From: Lama guanicoe
Lineage: Eukaryota
DNA: 64,000 bases
NCBI GenBank assembly: GCA_013239625.1
Contig: MU054187.1
Location: forward strand, 17,724,711 to 17,788,710
Reading direction: 5' to 3'
Shown piece after piece: positions 55,900-64,000 of the stretch. Made by a program: the position numbers and the translations under genes. Position 1 is the first letter of the stretch; every line of letters starts with the position of its first letter. The notes under the pieces are model-generated. The model was not told the origin of the DNA. It did not search any database and saw only the letters and a program-made list of their open reading frames with translations.

Positions 55900-56374
55900 T
55901 TTTAAAGACCACTTTAAAATGACTGCTTCTCCCCTGGGTTTTGGAGCATTTAGATTTGTGTGCACCCTTTAGCAGTGGAGACTCTGTTTCCCACAGCTCT
56001 CTGGATCTCCTGAAAGTAACCCCTCTTGGCCTTCAAAGCTAGATGTTCTTGGGGCTGGCTGATCTTCCTGTTGCAGGGCCTCCCAGGTTGGGCAGTCCAG
56101 TATGGTGCTCCGACTACTCGCTCCTTGGGAGAACCCCGCAATTGTGGTTATCCTCATGTTTGCGGGTACGTGGGTCTGACTGTACCACCATGTCTCCACC
56201 CCTCCTACTTGTCTCATTGTAGTTCCTTCTTTATGTCTTTAGTTGTGGAATATCTTTTCTGTAGTCTTCAGATGGTTCTCATCATGATAGTTGCTCTGTA
56301 AATAGTTGTAGTTTTGTTGTGTTTATGGAAGGAAGTGAACTTGGAGTTTTCTTACTCTCATCTTATCCAGTCCC
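55900..56374 (-). mobile_element. Probable L1 5' UTR fragment
   Basis: Minus strand begins gggactggataagatgag (L1-like 5' start) and contains tttgtgtgcaccctttagcagtggag, as seen in L1 5' regions. Confidence 0.5.
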
Positions 56375-56764
56375 ATTGTAGCCACCAATGTTATTTTTTT
56401 TAACCCTTTGAAGATTTATAATATATAACATTAACTTTCAGGTAAATTTGGTTTTTAAACTTTAATAATTTACAACAGAGACAGCCTATAAATTAAAAGA
56501 CCATGACAAATTGATTTGGTTAAAATAGAAGAAAACCAGATATTTCCAGTATTTGATTTCTGTATTTGGCATTGCCTTTTTGACCACTAATAAATTTAAG
56601 TCTTGTGCCCATTTTAATTGATAATGTTGCTTATTTCAAAATGACACAAGACATTTTTCCCAAGAACTGACAACTTACGGAAGAAACTAAGTAAAGACAT
56701 TAAAATTTGGAAGTTTCAGAATTTGAGCTATTGAATTTATTGATTATATTCTTTTCTGTTTTAG

Positions 56765-56838
56765 AAAATGGAAGTGTCCAAGTTGGAGAATTGTTACCTT
56801 GCAAGATTTGCGGAAGAACATTCTTTCCAGTGGCATTA
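56765..56838 (+). CDS. ZC2HC1A: ZC2HC1A coding exon 2
   Basis: ttttAG acceptor ending at 56764; (E)NGSVQVGELLPCKICGRTFFPVAL, first half of C2HC finger 1; donor GTGAGT at 56839. Confidence 0.95.
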
Positions 56839-58975
56839 GTGAGTACCTTTTTCCTTTGGAGTTTGATAGATCTTTAATTGTTTAAAACTTCAAGGCAACG
56901 GAGAAAACCTCTGGAAAAATTTAAAGAGACACTGGCTAGTGTTCTTTGTTCACGTGTATCAGTTCCATCTGTGTCATTCTTCCCAGAGTGCTCTCTTTCC
57001 TTCAGAATTTGACTGGTCTTCAGAACTCCTCTATTAAAGTATTAAAGTATTCCTTCCTTTGTGGGACTCTTAACAAAAACAAAACAAAACAAAAAAACTC
57101 TTAGAAATGCTCTTAGAAAGGAACTCTTAAGAAATAACGTATTTAAAGATATAGAAAGATACGATGTCTGGGATTTGCTTTAAATTTCAGGGGAAAAAAA
57201 AAAGCTGGGACTGGGATAGATGAAACAAGATTACTAAAATATTGGTAATTGTTGAAGCAGAGGATGAGTAAATGGAGCTAATTACACTGTTCTGTCAATT
57301 TTTAGGTATGTTTGAAATAGTACAAAGAAACAAGTTTCAATTAAAAGTGAATCTAAAATATATTATGCATTCTTTAGATACTTAGTATATACAAACAGGA
57401 GCACTTTTAACTGATTTTAATATAAAATATCTAGCTAAATAGAGAATTTTAAAAAGCCAATGTACCTTATATGTTTTGTTTTAACCTCAAATATAAATAT
57501 ATATTATTAATAATTTGGTGTAGAATAAAGATTTTTCTTTGAGTGTGGGTCTGCTGATGAGAATTTTGCTACAATTTTTTACATTCTCTCACTATTTCTA
57601 GTTTGTTTTATTAAAATGAAATGAGAAATTAATGATCCAAAATGTCCATCTGACTACAGACTCCTTTTAAATGTAAACAGTTATTTTCTTAATCCTTTAA
57701 AAGCATCTTGTCCATGCTTAATTCAGTAATTTGTTGTTGTTGTCAATTCACTATTTCTCAAACCATTTTCAAAGCATTAAGCTGAATTTTCACAGGAAAA
57801 AAAGTCTTTATCTTCATTTATGTACTTACTTAATATTTAATTAAATGATATAAACGGTATAAAAATTACAATTTGTATAATACATCAGTTTTTGAACAAG
57901 CGCTACATACTTTGGACATAACAGGACTCAATATGAGAACAGACATCTACTAGAAAGTTGCCTGTTAGCCACACTTTTTTTTTTTAAATATATAAGAAAT
58001 TTTATCCTAATAGTTATAATTACTGTGCTTGTTTGTCAGAATGAAATCTGAAAACAAGTATGTAAAAGAATTGATTACTGATTGTGTATTGAAAACGTTA
58101 GAGGCTCCATGACGTCGAATCAAGCAGTTCTGAGGATTCCTTTTTTCCCTGATAAACTTTAACAGTTCCAGCTTGTTTGTTGTTTATCAAAATATGAAAG
58201 AAAAAATACATTTATTGTACTCTGTTATTAGTCAACATGTTTTATTTAGGGGAGGGAGAGTTATTATTTATCCAGTAGTTAATTGGAGGTCAGTTAAGAG
58301 AGCTTCCATTGTAATGTCCTTAAAATGAATACATGAATGATTGAATGAATGAGTGGGCAACCATATTAGAACAACAACAAAAAAACTATAGGAGTGGAAT
58401 ACTAGGTAGCACAAGAAAAATCTTTGGTTAAAAAAAAAGTAGGAAACTTGAGGTCCAGAAGGGGAAACGGGATGATTGTGGAGGAAGGACACACATCTGA
58501 CAACCTTGTCCTATTATTTTATGTTATCAAACTACTATTATGTTAACTTGAGTAATCCAAACTATTACTATTATGTTAGCTTTTGTAATCCTAATGCTAA
58601 TGTGTTTTCCATTTACATTATTTTTCTAGTATCTATTTTCAGGTATTTTGTGATAAAGATCACTCCCCTCTCCCCCACTTTAATAGCTTTGACTTGATTA
58701 CATTAGTTTCCTTATTCTCAGCAGTGTGAACACCAGGAGAGTATTAAATAACTCTTAATAGAATTTTGGAAGAGCATTTATCTATACTTCCTGTTGTGAG
58801 GAAGATAACTTGTAGCATGTATTATATATACTTTTTAACAATTTTAGTTAAAGCATGCTATCTCTTACTTAGTATTATTTATTTCTTTTTCAGGATTTTA
58901 AACTGGTCTCAAATGACAATTTATAGTCTCTTTGTAGAAAAGAAAATTACGTGTTTTGTTTCTTCATCTTAACAG

Positions 58976-59092
58976 AAAAAGCATGGACCTATTTGCCAGA
59001 AAACTGCCACTAAAAAACGGAAAACTTTTGATTCAAGCAGACAAAGAGCTGAAGGAACTGATATTCCAACAGTAAAACCTCTTAAACCTAGG
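58976..59092 (+). CDS. ZC2HC1A: ZC2HC1A coding exon 3
   Basis: taacAG acceptor; [39 protein letters not shown]; donor GTAATT at 59093. Confidence 0.95.
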
Positions 59093-60645
59093 GTAATTAT
59101 GTGACCTTTTGAACAGTATGAACCTTGCTGCTATATATAATGAAAAAATTATAATTATCTGTTGTACTAAGTTGAAGAACAACAAGAATTCTGTGTCATG
59201 TTCTCAGTTTAGAAGTGATCAGAGATTTGTTTACTTTAAACTTTAGCAAAGGGGAAACCAGATAGTGTTCAACCAATACAATAAGGTTTTAGTAGCATTG
59301 GAGAGCCAATTGCTTAGCTGTAGGCTGGAAATAAATGAAAAGTCCTCACATGTTCTTTGTTCTTCCTAAGTCATTGTTAATTACTTTACGTATAATTTAC
59401 GTTTCTCTTATCGGAAGTGTAATCCCTATAGTATACAAAAGCAAAGCTATTATTTACAAGCATATTCTCTTGATTTATTGATTTTTCAGCATTTGTGAGC
59501 TTACTGTGCTTTCTAGGGAGTTTTACCAGTTGCTCAGTTGTCCACATATGGCCATTGAGGGCTTATTTTCTTCTTTGTAACTAAAATAATGAATCTCCTA
59601 TGCTAATCTCTCCTTAATGCTACCCGTCACAATGTCTTATTTGCTAAGAATAGATCATGTAAATACTTTGTCTGACATAGTTTTAAAGAGTCATTTCAGT
59701 TCTAATAGTCAAAATTTGAGTACCTGATTTAAATAGGTTTTTGAAACAAACAGCTTTCAGTGGTAATAACCTTTCCTAGTGGTACAGGAAAACATTTCCC
59801 TATGGGGCAATTAGTCTTATTAATAAAGTCATTTGATAATAGAAAAGTCAGTTTATTTTTGTTTTTCAGTTTATGAATATTTAAGGGAAGGATGGAGAAG
59901 CTTGGATAAGGTACATAAATTATTATATGAAGTTTTTCTTACTAACCTACCAGATAGATGATTGTATTAGCTTTAATTAGCTTAGATAAATTAATTAAAT
60001 CTTTGGAGGTAGTATATCTGGTGGGTTTAGGAGCTGGCTCAAGAGTCAGAAAAGAGTAAGACTACATTTAAAACACAGTTCTGTCTATCAGAAGACCCTC
60101 AGCAAGGTTAAAGGAAACCTGTGGGGGGGGTGTAGTCTACAGTTACTAGAAGTTGTTAAAGGGTGGGGGTGGGCAATAACCTAACAAAATGATGACCAAC
60201 CATATATAAACAGTTCACAGAAAAGGCAATATTAATGATTATTTAATGCTAGGAAAAGATGCTCACTCTCACTCATTGTGAGAGAAAAGCCAGTTAAAAC
60301 CACAGAAAACTATTTTTCTCCTGTCTAATCAGTTAAAAAACCAAAAGTTCAATATCATACTATGTTAGAGAAATTATGGGAAAATAGGGCAGTACACTCT
60401 TAGTTGGGGGTTAAATATAACAACTACAGGAGGCAGTTTAGCATTGTGTGTCACAACTACAATTGCATTTTTAAAATTGTATATAATACAGTTGTATAAA
60501 ATTTCTTTTTAAAATTATAAATTTGGGAAGGAGATCATTTAAGGACTCCTGATAAGAGAACATTTAAAATAATATGGTATTTCTTGAATTTTATTCCAAT
60601 TTATTTTTTAAAAGTTTTGAAACTTTTTTTTAAATTTGTTTATAG

Positions 60646-60787
60646 CCTGAACCACCAAAGAAGCCATCTAACTGGAGAAGAAAGCATGAAGAGTTCATTG
60701 CCACCATAAGAGCAGCTAAAGGCCTTGATCAGGCACTTAAAGAGGGTGGCAAACTTCCTCCCCCTCCTCCACCTACTTATGATCCTG
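60646..60787 (+). CDS. ZC2HC1A: ZC2HC1A coding exon 4
   Basis: tatAG acceptor; PEPPKKPSNWRRKHEEFIATIRAAKGLDQALKEGGKLPPPPPPTYDP plus G; donor GTATAT at 60788. Confidence 0.95.
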
Positions 60788-60929
60788 GTATATGACAAAT
60801 TGTTGACAGAAATGTTTATGTGGGGAGAAAATATTGATAGTATTAATAGAATTTCTATAAACTTTGAGATATTATTAAATAATAATAATAATAGACTCTG
60901 ATGGAGCATAATCTTTAAAAATTTTAATC

Positions 60930-61217
60930 AGAAAGAGACTCACAGATATAGAAAACAAGCTTATGGTTACCAGAGGGGGATGGCGATAGGGAGGAATAAC
61001 CTAGGAGTTTGGGATTGGCAGATACAGACTACTATGTACAGAACAGATAAACAACAAGATCCTACTGTACAACACAGGGAACTATATCCAGTGGCTTGTA
61101 GTAACCTGAAATGAAAAAGAATATGTGTGTATATTTATATGTATAACTGAATCACTATGCTGTACACCAGAAACTAATACAATGTTGTAAATCCAGTTTA
61201 CTTCAATTTAAAAAAAA
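60930..61217 (+). mobile_element. L1 3' end fragment with polyA
   Basis: agactcacagatatagaaaacaagcttatggttacc...ggagtttgggatt...acacagggaactatatcc...tacttcaatttaaaaaaaa. Confidence 0.8.
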
Positions 61218-61874
61218 TGTGAAAAGAGTTTTCCTATAAAATAATGGTGACAATCCAGGCATTTAGGCTAAAAAGACACATCAGTGTTGAACATAGAAAT
61301 GCACTGTCTTTTAAGCTCAATACTTTTATTTAAACATAAAACATTTAATATCGTTTAAAGAATGATTGTGGTAAGTATTAAATGTTAATATTCCAGGAAA
61401 TATTTTAGTCATGCATACTGTCAGTTTATATGTAGTCATTCAGTACAATTCAGATAGTTATGTTTCCTAGTTCTTTGGTATCGTCTCATTTGGGAAGAAA
61501 AAAAGTGATAATTTTGCTTCTAAAAATGTATCATTCTAGTGGATTAAGTATCATTTAGACTGATATACCTAAATTATGCCCTGAATTCGTGTATTTTTAT
61601 ATTTTCTTCATTGGATGGGTAACAATTACTTGTTTACTATTAACAAAAGCAAAGCAAGATGGTGGCAACCGCATTCATGAGATAACTGAGACACTGAAAG
61701 ATTTAAAATAGCACAGTTGACACTTTAACATTGGTTATAGAGTAGCCTCAAGAGGTAGTTATTTTAATATAACAAGTTAGCTGTGTTAAAATTGTATTAG
61801 TATTCTAGATTGGGATTCATTTCTTAGTAAAGAGAATGTTAGATATGATCCTTTATAACATTTTATTGTAGAGG

Positions 61875-62103
61875 AGTGGTTGATAAACAGTTTCTATAAA
61901 GGGCCACTAGTTAATATCTTAGGTTTTACAGGCCATAGATTTCTGTTGCAACTACTCTACTTGGCCACTGTTGCAAGAAATCAGCCACAGAAAATATGTA
62001 AATGAATGGGTGTGGCTGTGTGCCAGTAAAACTATTTATATATGTAAAAACATGCAGCAGGCAGGCTGGATTTGGCCCATGGTCCCTAGTTTGCCAGCCT
62101 CTG
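61875..62103 (-). mobile_element. MER58A-like hAT element
   Basis: tttctataaagggcca...tctgttgcaactactc...tgtaaatgaatgggtgtggctgtgtgccagtaaaact...gatttggccc...tagtttgcca. Confidence 0.75.
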
Positions 62104-63212
62104 TTTTAAGTCTTAATAATTAACTTTAGTGCTATGTGTCTTTCTGGGGTGTTCCATTTTTATTTGGGTCTCTTCTGTTTCTACCTTAATTTCCCCATGA
62201 AGTTGAATTCTCTTTTTGCTTTAGAGGAATTTGTATTTTGCATCTTATTCAATGTAGCTATATTTCTCATGTTTATGTAAGTCAGAGATAGTGGCAGTTC
62301 TTCAGGATGATTTGGGCTTTAGAAATTTTTTTAAGCTCTTAGTCCTGACAAAACTTATTTGTTATTAGAGATTTTAGACCTATTCCACTAGTTAACAGGA
62401 CAGATTTCTGAGCTTCAGGTGAGTGTGAAATCTAAAAGACAAACTCCATCTCAACAAGTAAACCTGTTGAAATAAATCGATTTTTTTTTTGACAGTGCAA
62501 AGTTATTACATTTATGTCTTCTCAGTAGCTCATAGAGCTGAAATCTTTTACAGTGCTACGAAGTTTGATTCTGTCTGGGATAACTTTAAGATTTAATTTT
62601 AAAAGAACTTCTGTTTACTGTATACATTGCATTTTGGGAGAATATTTTATCTTTAAAACATTCGCTGTTTCTTAAATTTGAATTAGTTGTGTTAATGAGA
62701 TATATTTTTATCACTTCTTCCATCTGTCGGAGCCTCTAAGAGAAAATAAAACTGTAGAAAGACTATTAAACTATTTCTTGACAGGACAGGTTTTCTCTGA
62801 TTAGAATGAGAGATTTTAACAGATGAGCCCTAATTTTAAAATGTGTTTTTAATGTAATGTTTTATTATTGCTTAACCTAGTCTACCATATGAAAATAATA
62901 TATATGATGAAAACATATGGTATTATAGAGGCAAAAAAGAAGTAACATTTTTCTTTTTTTATAGTGAGGATTTGGTTTTTTTCCCCCAAGTTTGATTCTA
63001 AGCTGGGAGAAAATTGAAGTTTATCATATAGGAGACTTTTCTCTTACTAAGTTTAGATAAGTCAGGTTGGGTAGTTTTAAGGAAGTGAGAGTTTTTGCTT
63101 ATCAAATGTTACTATTTATGTTACATGTCTTAAATTACAGTTCATAAAACTTAAAATTCTTTATGTCCCATTTCAAGTATGATGTTATTAATGTTTCTTT
63201 TTTCTGTTTTAG

Positions 63213-63361
63213 ATTATATTCAGTGCCCATATTGTCAGAGGAGATTTAATGAAAATGCAGCTGATAGGCATATAAATTTCTGTAAAGAACAGGCAGCACG
63301 TATTAGCAATAAAGGCAAATTTTCTACTGATACCAAAGGAAAATCAACTTCTCGGACACAG
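63213..63361 (+). CDS. ZC2HC1A: ZC2HC1A coding exon 5 (gene continues beyond the window)
   Basis: ttttAG acceptor; (D)YIQCPYCQRRFNENAADRHINFCKEQAARISNKGKFSTDTKGKSTSRTQ, containing C2HC finger 2; donor GTAACA at 63362. Confidence 0.95.
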
Positions 63362-63724
63362 GTAACATGCTCAATGTAATCATTTCCTCAAATAAATGAG
63401 AAAATGACTTTAAGTTTACAATTCTGTGTTTATGCTTTATAGAACATTTGGCTACAATTTTCTTACCTGCTAAAATTTATGTATTACTGTTCTGAGATTT
63501 AGTTAGAAGTTTGGCTAATTGAGAACACAATTTGAAATGGACTTAAGTTAGAATAGACTTGAAAATACAGAGGAAAAAAATGAGAAAAGTAGTTAAAAAT
63601 CGGTGAAGCAGATTCATAGGAGGCCAGAGGGGTTGGAAAGGTGAAAAAATGGCAATAAAAATCCACATTTGAAAAACATGTAGAGACTGAATGTTTCCAT
63701 GTTACATATGAGTAACACATTTAA

Positions 63725-63890
63725 GAGAATGAAAACCTGGGGTCAAATTCAAACTTCTACTTTCCAACTTTTAGGCCAATAACATTCATGTATGTAAGCC
63801 TTTATTTATTCATCTTTGAAGTGGTAATCTATATGACTACTGTGAGAAGGAAATGAAATGATGTATGTGAAAGCACTTAGAGAACCATAC
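63725..63890 (+). mobile_element. MIR remnant
   Basis: acctggggtcaaattc...aatgaaatgatgtatgtgaaagcacttagagaac. Confidence 0.55.
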
Positions 63891-64000
63891 ATCATCTAAG
63901 GATTTTGTTATGTGGAGTTAATTTTTACAGTACTGTTGTTTTTCTTTAAACGTATCGTTACATGAAGACTTTGATAATGTTATACTTTTGAGCAAATTTC

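Noticed and set aside
1..64000. Prokaryote-type systems (CRISPR arrays, operons, defence islands)
   Set aside because: The sequence is mammalian, with spliced genes and mammalian repeats; no repeat-spacer array was seen.

Overview
Mammalian genomic DNA, most likely camelid: one tRNA-derived SINE matches the camelid Vic-1 family as I recall it. The window holds the last two exons and long 3' UTR of PKIA (PKA inhibitor alpha, 76 aa, + strand, ~0.9-7.7 kb), a ~39 kb repeat-rich intergenic region, and the CpG-island promoter plus coding exons 1-5 of ZC2HC1A/FAM164A (+ strand, from 47.5 kb past the window end). Repeats include a young 5'-truncated L1, ERV1/MaLR/ERVL solo LTRs, MER58A/MER33 hAT elements, MIR, L2, old L1M fragments and a degenerate 5S rRNA copy. 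I found no convincing novel multi-gene system. The best leads are: (1) a (GGY)17 repeat in the ZC2HC1A leader, directly preceded by a CUG in strong Kozak context, opening a poly-Gly ORF that overlaps the main CDS; (2) a uORF overlapping the PKIA start codon; (3) a divergent CTCF motif pair between the genes, one overlapping a 12-bp inverted repeat; (4) two near-identical tandem duplications (~2.1 kb and ~135 bp) that may be real or assembly artefacts. Repeat family names come from recalled consensus sequences, not a search, and old-repeat boundaries are approximate.
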